A DNA stretch of 64,000 nucleotides from an uncultured Clostridia bacterium (GCA_944390965.1 CALXRW010000003.1:1131-65130), one strand, 5' to 3'. Counted from the first letter of the stretch, positions 18,315-29,524 are shown. The notes: a model not told the origin generated them from the letters alone. Program-made: numbers and translations.

Positions 18315-20087
18315 ATGACAAGAGAAGAATTAGCTTCAAAGATATGGAATGAATGGGAACAGGGATTAGCTTATCAAAAAAAGATTAATTTAAAAGAAAC
18401 ATGTGAACAATGTGTAGATTTCTTTGAAGGAAGACAATGGCCACAAGCAACAGAAAGAACAAAGAATCTACCAAGACCAGTGATTAATATAATAAAATTT
18501 ATTATAAATGGAAAAAAAGCTAATATTCTTTCTAGCAAGATATCTATGGTGTATAAACCATTAGTACATAATGAAGAAGAGACACAATTAGCTACACAAA
18601 GAGCAAGCGAATTTACTGATTTTGCTAATCATATAAAGAAAGAACTAAAGCAAGAGGATTTAGATAGTCTTGCTATCTTGGACGGATTAAAGAAAGGGAC
18701 ATATATTTATCACTATTTTTGGGACAAAGAGAGTAAAAGCGGTTTAGCTAAATATAATGGCGGATTGAATGGACAAATTATAGATTGTTTAAGCATTGTG
18801 TTTGCTAACCCAAGACAAAAAGATGAACAGAAACAGAAATGGATTATTATTCAAAGTAGAGAGAATGTAAAGACTTTAAAACAAGTTGCAAAACAAAACG
18901 GCATAAGTACAACAGAAATAGAGTTAATTCAGTCAGATGACGATACTGAGAAGAACTATAATGCAGAGGAGCAAGAGAATGAAGAATACGCAACCGTATT
19001 AACTAAATATTTTAGAAAAAACGGGGAAGTGTATTATATAAAAAGCACAAAAAACATGATAATACAACCAGAAACATCATTAACACCTAATGCTGATAAA
19101 ATTAAACTGGAAACAGACGAAGAAGGCAATACGAACGAAGACAGTGAAATGGTTGATATAGACAAGCCAGACACAAGAAATTTTAAGATAACCTTATATC
19201 CTATAGTAGTAGATTCTTATGATAGTAGAGAAAAAAGTATTTATGGAATAGGAGAAGTAGAACAAATTATACCAGTACAAAAAGCGATTAATTTTAATTA
19301 TGCTATGATGCAAATGGCAGGACAAAATATGGGATTTCCTAAGGTTCTGACAAGACCGATAGCGTTGCAAGGTAAAAAAATAACAAATACCCCAGGAGAA
19401 GTAATTACAGACTATAGTCCTAATTTTGATGGAATCAGATATTTGAATCCACCCAACTTTAGCAGTATGCCATTAACGGTATCTGACAAATTAATAGAAG
19501 TAATAAGAATTGTTACGGGTTCTACAGAAGTAGTATCCGGCGAGGTGTTAGGAAAAAACATGAGTGGTAGTGCTATAGTGGCATTACAGACACAGTCCAA
19601 AGTACCTATCCAAGATGTGCAAAAAGCATTTTGGAGGACACACGAAAAAATTGCAAAGATTTGGGAGCAGTTTTTTAAATCCTATTATAAATTTGATACT
19701 CAATATATTATAGAAGATGATAATGGACAAGAACTACATACCTTCAATGGAGAAATGTATCAAAATATGGATTTTGAAACAACAATAGACGTAGGTTCTG
19801 GTAGTGCATATTCAGAAAGTTTAAGCATCAACTTATTAGAGCAAGCATTACAAAGAGGAGATATAACTTTTGACGATTATATTAACCTGTATCCAGAAAC
19901 AGCAATGCCTTTTAAAGAACAATTAAAAGAAATCAGAAAGAAGAAATTGTTACCGCCAGAAATCAGTCAAAAAATAATGGCAAATCCGCAATTGTTGCAA
20001 TTGGTTATGCAATTGGTGGCTAGAGACGATTTAATGCAACAACAAAATCAACAAATACAACAAGCACAAATAAAGCCAACAATTTAA
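18315..20087 (+). CDS. Portal protein.
   Basis: 590 aa, directly after the terminase. RBS aaaggag. A terminator hairpin follows at ~20105-20135. Confidence 0.7.
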   Translation: MTREELASKIWNEWEQGLAYQKKINLKETCEQCVDFFEGRQWPQATERTKNLPRPVINIIKFIINGKKANILSSKISMVYKPLVHNEEETQLATQRASEFTDFANHIKKELKQEDLDSLAILDGLKKGTYIYHYFWDKESKSGLAKYNGGLNGQIIDCLSIVFANPRQKDEQKQKWIIIQSRENVKTLKQVAKQNGISTTEIELIQSDDDTEKNYNAEEQENEEYATVLTKYFRKNGEVYYIKSTKNMIIQPETSLTPNADKIKLETDEEGNTNEDSEMVDIDKPDTRNFKITLYPIVVDSYDSREKSIYGIGEVEQIIPVQKAINFNYAMMQMAGQNMGFPKVLTRPIALQGKKITNTPGEVITDYSPNFDGIRYLNPPNFSSMPLTVSDKLIEVIRIVTGSTEVVSGEVLGKNMSGSAIVALQTQSKVPIQDVQKAFWRTHEKIAKIWEQFFKSYYKFDTQYIIEDDNGQELHTFNGEMYQNMDFETTIDVGSGSAYSESLSINLLEQALQRGDITFDDYINLYPETAMPFKEQLKEIRKKKLLPPEISQKIMANPQLLQLVMQLVARDDLMQQQNQQIQQAQIKPTI

Positions 20088-20180
20088 ATATGATATAAAT
20101 CATAACTCTATTATAGGGTTATTTTTTTATATAAATTCGCATGAGAATAGCGAAAAAATCTCAAATTAGAAAGGATTATT

Positions 20181-21005
20181 ATGGAAAATAATGAAGAATT
20201 AGAAAGCGCAAACAATCTTGAGGTCGCTGAACAAGAAGAAACAGTTGAAAGTACTGTTGAAACAAATGCTACAGAAAGTGTAGAAGAAAAAGAAGCTTCA
20301 GAAACAACTGATTCTGAGGAAGTGAAACAAAATGAAAAAGAACAAGATGAAGCTAAGCAAAGTAAAGAGGATAACAAATATGCAAGGCTTGCTAGAAAAC
20401 AAGCGGAGGAAGAAGCTAAAAAGAAGATAGAACAAGCAAGGCAAGAAGCGTATGAGCAAGGTTTGCAACAAGGAAAAATTCAGACTTATATTGGTAAGCA
20501 AAATCCTTATACTGGAGAAGTTATTAAAGACAGTTATGACGTACAAGAATATCTAGATATGTTTGAATTAGATGCGAAAGGACAAGACCCAGTAAAAGGA
20601 TATAGAGAATTACAAAAAGAGAAGGCTAGAAAAGAAGCGGAGGAGAAAATTAAAGTTGAAGAGAAACAAAAACAAGATACTTGGTATAAAAATGATACTA
20701 AAGATTTTGTGGATAAGTATTCAACGGAAAAGCTTCAAGAACTTACCAAAGATGAAGATTTTGCTTTATTTGCAAACGGAAAAGTGGGGAAAATACCACT
20801 AGCAGATATTTATGCAGATTATCAGAAACTAATTAGTAAATATGAAAAAAAGTCTGTAGAAACTGCTAAACAGATTGTGGCGAACAATACTACTACACCT
20901 GGTGCCATAGAAGAAACAGACACACAGGAGCTAGATTGGAACAATATGACCACAGAACAATTTGAAAAATATGTTCAAAAAGCCAAAAATGGTGAATTAA
21001 AATAG
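20181..21005 (+). CDS. Scaffolding protein (acidic, E/K-rich coiled coil).
   Basis: 274 aa of low complexity, EEKEASETTDSEEVKQNEKEQDEAKQ, between portal and capsid. Confidence 0.5.
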   Translation: MENNEELESANNLEVAEQEETVESTVETNATESVEEKEASETTDSEEVKQNEKEQDEAKQSKEDNKYARLARKQAEEEAKKKIEQARQEAYEQGLQQGKIQTYIGKQNPYTGEVIKDSYDVQEYLDMFELDAKGQDPVKGYRELQKEKARKEAEEKIKVEEKQKQDTWYKNDTKDFVDKYSTEKLQELTKDEDFALFANGKVGKIPLADIYADYQKLISKYEKKSVETAKQIVANNTTTPGAIEETDTQELDWNNMTTEQFEKYVQKAKNGELK

Positions 21006-21065
21006 TTGCTTAAATAATTAAGTAGCTATTTTTTTATTGCCGAAAAATAAGAGGAGGAATGAAAT

Positions 21066-22031
21066 ATGGCTACAAAAACACAAGTTATAACAAACGTAGA
21101 AAATCATAATCAATTATCAGCTGAGGACAAGACTTTTTATGAAAGAACTCTTTTAGAGAGATTATTACCACAACTAAACTTCTATAAAGACGCGCAAAAG
21201 AAAAAGTTACCTAAAAATCAAGGAAGAACAATGAATTTCAGAAAATTTAATTCATTAACTGCACCAAGTGCATCATTAACAGAAGGCGTAACGCCAGATG
21301 GAAATGACTTAGATATTACAACTATCACAGCCGTAGTTGCACAAGAAGGTGATTATGTATTAATTTCCGATTTAATTCAAATGACAGGAATTGATCCAGT
21401 TTTAACTGAAACATCTGAGTTGCTAGGAGAAGAAGCTGGAGTTGTAATTGACAATAGAATACAAACTGCAATTTCAAAGGGGACAAATGTATATTTTGCT
21501 GGAGGAGCAACAACAAGAGCAGGACTAGAAACAGCAGAAACTAAACATTTAACAGCAGATGATATCAAAAAAATAGTAAGAAAATTAAAAAATGCTAATG
21601 CAAAAAGATTTTCCGATGGATTTTATCATATGCAAGTTGACCCAGATATTGCCTACGATTTAATGAGCGACGATGCATGGATTGATGTTTCTAAGTATGC
21701 AAAACCAGAACAAATGGTAAAAGGTGAACTTGGAAAAATGCACGGAATGAAATTCTTTGAAACGACTAATTTAAGTGTTGTAGATTCTTCTGCTACAGCT
21801 GGTACTAAAATATCTGTACATCTTGCCTACGCTTATGGTAAAGATTCTTATGCTTGCGTAGAATTGGATAGTGGTGCAGGAAAGCCAGAAATAATTGTAA
21901 AACCAAATGGTTCTGCTGGTTCTACAGACCCATTAAACCAAAGAGCAAGTGCTGGATGGAAGAACTGTTTTACAGCAGTTATTACACAACCTTTAGCATT
22001 GGTTAGAGTAGAAACTGGCGTAGGTGCTTAG
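21066..22031 (+). CDS. Major capsid protein.
   Basis: 321 aa in the capsid position behind RBS gaggagg. A strong hairpin plus T-run follows at 22038-22070. Confidence 0.65.
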   Translation: MATKTQVITNVENHNQLSAEDKTFYERTLLERLLPQLNFYKDAQKKKLPKNQGRTMNFRKFNSLTAPSASLTEGVTPDGNDLDITTITAVVAQEGDYVLISDLIQMTGIDPVLTETSELLGEEAGVVIDNRIQTAISKGTNVYFAGGATTRAGLETAETKHLTADDIKKIVRKLKNANAKRFSDGFYHMQVDPDIAYDLMSDDAWIDVSKYAKPEQMVKGELGKMHGMKFFETTNLSVVDSSATAGTKISVHLAYAYGKDSYACVELDSGAGKPEIIVKPNGSAGSTDPLNQRASAGWKNCFTAVITQPLALVRVETGVGA

Positions 22032-22084
22032 TAAAAGGGAGTGAGTGACTCCCTTTATTTATTTTTATAAAGGAGGAAAATCAG

Positions 22085-22264
22085 GTGGCAACAAATCAAA
22101 CAGAAAAGACTGTAAAAGTAAATATCCCAATTGATCCATTAAATCCTAAAGATAAAAAAATAACAATAGGAATTAATGAAAAATATGCAACAGTTGAGAG
22201 AGGAAAAGAAACTGAAGTTTCAATTCCTGTTTATGAACAATTAAAAAATGCAGGGCTAGTATAG
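22085..22264 (+). CDS. Small 59-aa protein after the capsid gene; possibly a head decoration or small structural protein.
   Basis: aaaggaggaaaatcaGTG, then VATNQTEKTVKVNIPIDPLNPKDKKITIGINEKYATVERGKETEVSIPVYEQLKNAGLV. Confidence 0.25.
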   Translation: MATNQTEKTVKVNIPIDPLNPKDKKITIGINEKYATVERGKETEVSIPVYEQLKNAGLV

Positions 22265-22334
22265 AACTAGTCCTTTATATCACTTTAAAGGATTATTGTT
22301 AGTTCGATTCTAACAAAAGTGAAAGGAGATTTTT

Positions 22335-22766
22335 ATGACTTGGGGAGAGATACAGGTAATCGCATTACAAAAGATGTTTGCAAAAGATGATCCAATAACG
22401 GTTGAAGATTTAGAAGAATTAAGAGAAGACGATGATTGTAAATGGTATTTAAGTGCAATGCCAGCAGTTTGTAATGAGGCTTTGCAGAGAATTAAGCCAT
22501 ATATACAAAATACATATAAATATAATGACGAAACGAGTAAATACGAAAAAACTACAATAGATAACATAGATAAAGATACTTTAGATAATTATGAGTTGCA
22601 AATTCCAAAAGATGCATGTGTGTTAATTCCACTTTATATAGCAAGCCAGTTATATAAAGATGATGATATTAGTCAAGCAACAGCTTATAGAAATGAATTT
22701 GAGGTTGGATTACAAGACTTACTTGTAAACATAGAAAATCAAGAAAGTATAGAAGAGGTATATTGA
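22335..22766 (+). CDS. Hypothetical structural protein; head-tail adaptor candidate.
   Basis: 143 aa behind RBS aaaggag. The assignment rests on position only. Confidence 0.3.
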   Translation: MTWGEIQVIALQKMFAKDDPITVEDLEELREDDDCKWYLSAMPAVCNEALQRIKPYIQNTYKYNDETSKYEKTTIDNIDKDTLDNYELQIPKDACVLIPLYIASQLYKDDDISQATAYRNEFEVGLQDLLVNIENQESIEEVY

Positions 22767-22767
22767 T

Positions 22768-24603
22768 ATGGCGAATTTTAATGTTCCTTCATCTCCAACT
22801 ACATATGAAGCTAATTTAACTAGCTTTTTAGGAGTTGATTTCACGTCTTCCATAGCCGAAATAGATAGAAGAAGAACGCCTAATGGATATAATTTTATAA
22901 ATAAAGACGGAACCATAGAGAAAAGAAATGGATATAAGATATTAGCGTATTTAGGACAAAAAGCCAATATTAATGGAATATGGAATGTCGATACAATTGG
23001 CGGAGAATATTTTATAGTGCATTGTGGAACAAAATTGTATGAAATGCAGACAGATTTTAGTAGTTATACAGAAATATTAACAGGGTTAGAGGATACTATT
23101 TCAAATGGAGTAATTATAAATTCTAAATTACTTATTTTAGATGGGAAAAGAGCAGTTGTATATGATCTTTTAGAAAGTACTAATAAAATTAGATATTTAG
23201 ATGAAATTGGCTATATTCCGACAACTCAAATTGCCAGGGCTCCAAACGGATTAGAAAGCCAAATGTATGAAAGTGTAAATCTTATACAAGATAGTAGAAT
23301 CAATTTATTTACTAGCAATGAAACAGATAAAACATATCAGTTGGCAGAGACAAGTATAAGTGCAGTTGAGAGCGTAGAAGTTATGAATGAGAGTGGCGAA
23401 TGGATAACAAAAACTGCCAATACAGACTATACAGTAGATTTACCAAAAGGGCAAGTAATATTTAACGCAGTAATTGGAAACTCTCCAGTAGATGGAAGAG
23501 ATAATGTAAGGATAAAGTATAAAAAGACAAGTAACGAAAATAAGGCACAAATTAACAAGTGTGACATATTAACTGTATATGGATATGCAGGAGCCAACAA
23601 TAGAATTTTTATGGCTGGAAATCCAGATTATCCTAATATAGTTACATATTCTCATTTGGATGACATAACCTATATTCCCGTAGAGAACATAATAAAGATA
23701 GGATTAGAAGTTGTTCCAATAAGTGGAATGATAAAGTTGAATAATGGAAAATTAGCCGTATTAAAAAACGTATCAGATACCGATAGTACAATTTTTTATA
23801 TAGGTTATGGAACTTATAATGGAAGTGAAGCTTTTCCGCTAGAGGGAAGTACAAAAGGAGAGGGAAACATAGCAAAACATGCTCACGATATGCTAATTAA
23901 TGATCCGTTAATATTAACTAAAAATGGGGTTTTTGCATTAAATACAGCAACATTAACAGACGAAAGATTTGTATATCATAGAAGTTATTATATAGATTCT
24001 AAATTGAAACAAGAAGAGAACCTAGAGAAAGCAATTGGAATTGTGAATGATGGCAAGTATTACTTGGCAATTAATGATCATGTGTATGTGGCAGATAGTA
24101 GGTTTAAGAGCTCAAACAGTTTTGGTAGATATAGTGATTATCAATACGAATGGTATTTTTGGACTAATTTACCTGTAAGAGTTTGGTTTGTATGGAATAA
24201 TAAGTTGTATTTCGGAGACAAATACGGAAATATATGTACTTTTAGAGACAATTCGGACATAGACCGATATAAGGATAATACTAACAATGTTGAATGTGAA
24301 TGGAACTCTGTAATTCTGGATTTAAATAGACCATCTAATAAAAAGAATATAAAAAGAATTTCAATAACAAGTAATCCTACTAATTCGAAACTGGTGATTG
24401 GATATAGGTTGAGAGGTGGGACTAAACAGGTCTTAACAAAAGTATATACAAATTCTACATATCCTAAAACAACAATGATTAGGAAGAAAGCTAAAAAGCT
24501 ATCTTTCTTTTCTCTATATGTTGAAAACAAAGAAGAGACTAATATGTGTTTTAATTCTATTTCTGTAATTTACACAGTGGGAAGTTTCTATAAAGGAGAT
24601 TAA
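22768..24603 (+). CDS. Large tail protein (611 aa).
   Basis: ORF track. It is translationally coupled to the neighbouring genes. Confidence 0.45.
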   Translation: MANFNVPSSPTTYEANLTSFLGVDFTSSIAEIDRRRTPNGYNFINKDGTIEKRNGYKILAYLGQKANINGIWNVDTIGGEYFIVHCGTKLYEMQTDFSSYTEILTGLEDTISNGVIINSKLLILDGKRAVVYDLLESTNKIRYLDEIGYIPTTQIARAPNGLESQMYESVNLIQDSRINLFTSNETDKTYQLAETSISAVESVEVMNESGEWITKTANTDYTVDLPKGQVIFNAVIGNSPVDGRDNVRIKYKKTSNENKAQINKCDILTVYGYAGANNRIFMAGNPDYPNIVTYSHLDDITYIPVENIIKIGLEVVPISGMIKLNNGKLAVLKNVSDTDSTIFYIGYGTYNGSEAFPLEGSTKGEGNIAKHAHDMLINDPLILTKNGVFALNTATLTDERFVYHRSYYIDSKLKQEENLEKAIGIVNDGKYYLAINDHVYVADSRFKSSNSFGRYSDYQYEWYFWTNLPVRVWFVWNNKLYFGDKYGNICTFRDNSDIDRYKDNTNNVECEWNSVILDLNRPSNKKNIKRISITSNPTNSKLVIGYRLRGGTKQVLTKVYTNSTYPKTTMIRKKAKKLSFFSLYVENKEETNMCFNSISVIYTVGSFYKGD

Positions 24604-24604
24604 A

Positions 24605-26866
24605 ATGGAACCAAAATATGATGAAGATACCGTCAATTTAGGATATTTGAACAGAGCAATAAAAAATGCAGAACAAAATATAAATAAAGAATACGAAAAT
24701 GTGAGTAGACATTATGCATCAAAGCCACAACCACCTTATTATAAAGGTGATACTTGGATTGATGGCTATACTGTTTATACATGCATAAACACAAGAGTGA
24801 TAGGAACTTATACGGATTCAGACTGGACAACAGAGAGTGGGGCTAAAGCTGAGGCAGAAGACAAGAACAAAATTTATTTAACGCAACCTAGCAATTATAA
24901 AATTGGTGACATGTGGATATTGCAAACTGATAATGATCACAAAGCAGGGAAAAAGGGAGAAATATTAATAACCACAGCAACTAGAAACAACTACAATGAA
25001 AATGATTGGGTCAATATGCTTTCTTATGGAACCATAAAGAGTATAAACGAAGTTAGTAATAATTTAAATAACGCAATTCAAAGAATTGGAGTAGTAGAGG
25101 AAGCAATCGGAGATGGATTAATAACAACTTATTATCAAAACACTGTTCCCGAAGCAAAGCATGTTGGTGATCTATGGTATGTTACAGACAATGTAGGAGA
25201 TTATGTAAAGGGAAAACTTTATAGATACGATGGAGAAGCTTGGCAATTATTAGATGATCCAGCAATAACAGAAGCATTTGAAGAAGCTAATGAGGCTAGG
25301 CTGATTGCTGATGGAAAAATACAGAGTTTTTATTCGGAGACAGAGCCTACAAAAAATATGGGTGTAGGAGATTTGTGGATAGATACTGCAAATGACAATA
25401 AATTACATAGATATAATGGAACTACATGGGTGGCAGTGTATGATACAAGAGTGGATCAAGTTGTTGAGAATGTAGATATGGTAATACAAAGAACGATTGA
25501 CATATCAACCGACTTAGGAGTTATTAATCAAAAAGTAGCCGATACGGAAAAAAGAATAGATGAAGACGTAATAACCTCCATGACAGAATTGACGCAGTCT
25601 CAAGAGGATTTAAAATTCTCAATAAACAAAATGTCAGGAAACAATTTAATCAGAAATAGTGCAATGATAAATGGATTTAATTTTTGGGTACAAGAATTAG
25701 AAAATGCAGATAATTCAGAATATCAAAATTTATTAAACAATACTAGTTCAAGTGAATATTGGGGAGATGGCAGTAGTGCATTAGAAAATACAATGAGTGG
25801 AAGAGTAATAAAACTTGACGGAGGAAGCAACTTTGCAGTATCTCATGTTTTTAATGCACCAGAAGCAATAATTTTGAATAAAAATGAAGAATATTTGGCT
25901 TTGTCTTGCGTGATAAAAAACACAAGTCAAATGGGAACCATAAGTATTGGAGTTATGTTTTCCGATTTAGAAAAGCTAGAAAAAATAGAAGATTTGTATT
26001 CAGTATATGAATATGGAATTGTGATTACTCCAGATGATATGAAGACAGCTTCTAGAATAGAAATACCAATAAAAATACCAAAGAAAGAAGAATTTATTGA
26101 AGTAGTGGCAAGCGGTACGGCTCCCACAGACATACAAAAAATATGGTTAGATACAACAGTTTATATGCCTAAAAAATATAACAATGAAACAGAAACATGG
26201 GAATTACTTGAAACCCAGATGAGTTGTTATGATGAAACAACAAGAAAAGTATGGACTTATAGAAAAGTATATGGGTTTTATTATGAGACATCAGTGGATT
26301 TTGATGAAATGGAAATTAAATCGTTCTTTCCTACTCTTGAATTTTATCCATCTTTTTGCGTATTTACTGGCAATGCTGAGCCAACTCCTAAAAAAGGTTT
26401 ATATTGGAACAACACTGATACAGACATTGTAAAAAGAGCTAAATATAATGGAACAGAATTTGTCGAATGGGAGACAACTCCAATTTCAAGTTCACTTCTT
26501 CCAACAGGAGCAAGTATGGGAGTTCAACAAGTTGCATATATCGTGCCAATTATGGGATTTTTCGAAGTTTCAGATATAAAGCTTGAATATAATACGCTCG
26601 CGACAAAATGGACTTCTTATCAGGGAGAAATTTATTCAAAAAATTTTAAAGCAGATGAGAGAGGCTTCTCTATACAATCTGGTGAAAACGAGATGTTGAT
26701 AGACGAGAATGAGATATTAGCTACTTGGAGAGGAGCTAATATTTTTTTTATAAATCAAGATATGGCATTCTTTAAAAGATTAGAAGTCGAGGAAGAGGTA
26801 AAAATAGCTGAATATACACTTGCAAGAAAGGTGATTAATTCAAAAATACATTTAGTTTTATATTAG
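24605..26866 (+). CDS. Tail fibre/appendage protein with repeated GDxW motifs (753 aa).
   Basis: GDTWIDGYTVY, GDMWILQTDN, GDLWYVTDN, GDLWIDTAND, KIWLDTTVY. Confidence 0.5.
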   Translation: MEPKYDEDTVNLGYLNRAIKNAEQNINKEYENVSRHYASKPQPPYYKGDTWIDGYTVYTCINTRVIGTYTDSDWTTESGAKAEAEDKNKIYLTQPSNYKIGDMWILQTDNDHKAGKKGEILITTATRNNYNENDWVNMLSYGTIKSINEVSNNLNNAIQRIGVVEEAIGDGLITTYYQNTVPEAKHVGDLWYVTDNVGDYVKGKLYRYDGEAWQLLDDPAITEAFEEANEARLIADGKIQSFYSETEPTKNMGVGDLWIDTANDNKLHRYNGTTWVAVYDTRVDQVVENVDMVIQRTIDISTDLGVINQKVADTEKRIDEDVITSMTELTQSQEDLKFSINKMSGNNLIRNSAMINGFNFWVQELENADNSEYQNLLNNTSSSEYWGDGSSALENTMSGRVIKLDGGSNFAVSHVFNAPEAIILNKNEEYLALSCVIKNTSQMGTISIGVMFSDLEKLEKIEDLYSVYEYGIVITPDDMKTASRIEIPIKIPKKEEFIEVVASGTAPTDIQKIWLDTTVYMPKKYNNETETWELLETQMSCYDETTRKVWTYRKVYGFYYETSVDFDEMEIKSFFPTLEFYPSFCVFTGNAEPTPKKGLYWNNTDTDIVKRAKYNGTEFVEWETTPISSSLLPTGASMGVQQVAYIVPIMGFFEVSDIKLEYNTLATKWTSYQGEIYSKNFKADERGFSIQSGENEMLIDENEILATWRGANIFFINQDMAFFKRLEVEEEVKIAEYTLARKVINSKIHLVLY

Positions 26867-26878
26867 GAGAAAAAATTT

Positions 26879-28723
26879 ATGGCAAATTTTCAGTCAAACA
26901 CTAACAATACATTTTATGCAATATTAGTAGTTAATCAAGGGTCACAAAATATTCCTAACAATTATACAGACGTAAATTATGAGTTGATTTTGTATAATGG
27001 CTCTATGAGTTTTAGTGGATATACTATTGGATATGATGTTTATATTAATGGAGAGCAAGTAGCTTATCAGAATAATAGTGGAAATCAAACATCTATGTCA
27101 GCACACAGCAGTAAATCAATAGTATCAGGAACTAGAAGAATTTATCATAATGCAGATGGTACAAAAACAATTCCAATATCATTTAGAATATTCACGGATA
27201 ATAGATATTTTTTACCAGTGGAGCTAAATGCTTCTGGAAACATGGAGTTAACAAGAATACCACGACAAGCAAATATTACAAGTGCAAATAATTTCAACAG
27301 CAACCAAAATCCTTCTATGAATTTTGAAAATCCAGGAGGATTTTCTCTAAATTTAAGGTTAGAGTTTTCAGGAGCTACAATAAATAGAAATAACGTGTCA
27401 AGCAGTGGAGGAATTTATACATTCGCATTAACGGAAACAGAAAGGAATCTTCTATATTCTAAATGCCCAAATTCTAACACGCTTACTGTTAGGTACGTTG
27501 TTGCCACAATACTTAACGGAGTGGAAACATGGTGGTCTCTTTTAGACAGAACTATGACTGTAGTAAATAGCAATCCAACATTTTCTAATTTTGAATGCGA
27601 AGACATAAATACCACAACGAAGAATTTAACTGGAAATAATCAAAAATATATAAAAAAATATAGTAATTTAAAGGCTATAATATCTAATGCAAATAAAATG
27701 ATAGCTAAAAATTATGCTACAGAAAATTATTATAATGTTGTTGCTGGAGATAAAAGTACAAAAATATCTTATTCAGAAACTTTGGAAGTATCTGGAGTAA
27801 TAAATGGTATAAATTCAAATGTAGTTTCTGTATATGCTACAGACAGTAGAAATAATCAAACGTTAGTGTCAAAATCAATAGACGCAATAGATTTTACAGA
27901 AATTTTATTACAGTCGATAAAATTTGAAAGAAAAGATGGGGTAGGTACTACTGTTAGAGTAACTGGGAACGGGAAATATGACAATGTTAATTTCGGTACA
28001 GTCACAAATACCATAAAAACTATACAATACCGAAAAAAACAAAAGACAGAAGCAACATGGAGTTCCTGGATAAGTATAAAGAATCTTTTTGTAATTAATT
28101 CGGACACAGGAGTTTTTACAGCAACTAATGTGGAATTGACGTCAGATACTTTTAGTTTTGGAACAGAATATGATGTTGAAGTAAAGGTTACAGATGAATT
28201 ATCTGTTTCGCAAATGAGTATTGAAGTTGCCTCAGGAGAAATTTTGATGGATGCTTTAAAGGGATATGGAGTGAACTTCGGAGGAATTTATGATGAAGAA
28301 GAAGGCGGAAGTTTACAAGCAGATGGAAAAAATATTCTAGAACTAATGTCTAGTAAAGCAGAATTAAATTATGCAACACTAAGTTTTAATCGACACATTG
28401 TGACATATTCATCATGGGGAGCTTCGCAACTTTCGAATACAAAAAGTTTTGTGACTAGTGATAGTACAAAATTTACAAAACAAGGTAGTGCAATACGTAT
28501 AGGAGCTGGAATAACCAGAATACTTGTGTCTGCGATCTCGTCTATGAATACAAATGTAGCATCAGACACGATGTTCTCGATAAGGAAAAATGGGAATGCT
28601 GTAATGGGAACATATCACCGTCAAGACAATTGGACTGCGCATGCTGTTCCATTAATGCCTGTTCAAGTACAAGAAGGAGATTTAATTAGCTTATATGTTG
28701 GTTCAGGACGGAACAAGTACTGA
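26879..28723 (+). CDS. Tail spike or receptor-binding protein candidate (614 aa).
   Basis: It is the last structural ORF before the lysis cassette and is N/S/T-rich. Confidence 0.4.
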   Translation: MANFQSNTNNTFYAILVVNQGSQNIPNNYTDVNYELILYNGSMSFSGYTIGYDVYINGEQVAYQNNSGNQTSMSAHSSKSIVSGTRRIYHNADGTKTIPISFRIFTDNRYFLPVELNASGNMELTRIPRQANITSANNFNSNQNPSMNFENPGGFSLNLRLEFSGATINRNNVSSSGGIYTFALTETERNLLYSKCPNSNTLTVRYVVATILNGVETWWSLLDRTMTVVNSNPTFSNFECEDINTTTKNLTGNNQKYIKKYSNLKAIISNANKMIAKNYATENYYNVVAGDKSTKISYSETLEVSGVINGINSNVVSVYATDSRNNQTLVSKSIDAIDFTEILLQSIKFERKDGVGTTVRVTGNGKYDNVNFGTVTNTIKTIQYRKKQKTEATWSSWISIKNLFVINSDTGVFTATNVELTSDTFSFGTEYDVEVKVTDELSVSQMSIEVASGEILMDALKGYGVNFGGIYDEEEGGSLQADGKNILELMSSKAELNYATLSFNRHIVTYSSWGASQLSNTKSFVTSDSTKFTKQGSAIRIGAGITRILVSAISSMNTNVASDTMFSIRKNGNAVMGTYHRQDNWTAHAVPLMPVQVQEGDLISLYVGSGRNKY

Positions 28724-28792
28724 TGTAACGGCAGACACCCAATTAAATGTTATAGCGTTCTAAATTATTTTTTTCAGAAAGGAAATAAAAAT

Positions 28793-29155
28793 ATGACAAA
28801 TGAACAATTAACTCAAGAAGTTATAAAATTAGCAGAACATCAGGCGAAATGCGATGCTGAAAGAGAAAGTATTTTAAATGTAATTGATGAACTAAGAAGA
28901 GATATTAAATCAACCAAAAGTTTAGCAGAAGATGTACATATTTTAGCGATTAACATGGAGAATATGCAAAAGACGATGGACGAGACGAATCGCAAAGTAG
29001 ATGCACTAAATTCTAAAGAATTTACAGAATATAAAGAAAACAAAAAGTTAGTTAAACAAAACATAACAAGTGCAATAGTTGGTGCATTTATGGGGTTTGG
29101 ACTTAGTTTAGTTGCTTGGTTAATAAGATTTTTTATGATGACAGGAGGTGAGTAG
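28793..29155 (+). CDS. XhlA-like lysis-associated membrane protein.
   Basis: A coiled-coil N-terminus plus the C-terminal TM IVGAFMGFGLSLVAWLIRFF, directly upstream of the holin. Confidence 0.5.
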   Translation: MTNEQLTQEVIKLAEHQAKCDAERESILNVIDELRRDIKSTKSLAEDVHILAINMENMQKTMDETNRKVDALNSKEFTEYKENKKLVKQNITSAIVGAFMGFGLSLVAWLIRFFMMTGGE

Positions 29156-29423
29156 CATGGATATATCTGTTTTAACACAATATTTTAGCATTTTAGTAGT
29201 TGGAATTTGTTTATGCGTTGGGTACATTATTAAGAACAGTTTAGATTTTATTCCAAACAAATACATACCACTAATTATGGGAATTTTAGGACTAATTGTT
29301 AATATATTAATTAACTTATCTGGCGGAATTACAGCGGAAGTGATCTTAACAGGATTATTTAGCGGTTTAGCTTCAACGGGGTTATACGAAATGTTTAGAA
29401 ATTTAATAAATAAAGAGGAGTGA
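29148..29423 (+). CDS. Holin.
   Basis: 91 aa with 2-3 TM helices, upstream of the endolysin. Confidence 0.6.
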   Translation: MSSMDISVLTQYFSILVVGICLCVGYIIKNSLDFIPNKYIPLIMGILGLIVNILINLSGGITAEVILTGLFSGLASTGLYEMFRNLINKEE

Positions 29424-29524
29424 TATTATGATAGCTTTAATATTGCTCTTTTTAGTTTTTATATGTGTAACAATCGTTAATGTTATGGAACAACACAAAA
29501 AATACAAGGAAAGGAAGAGAAAAT

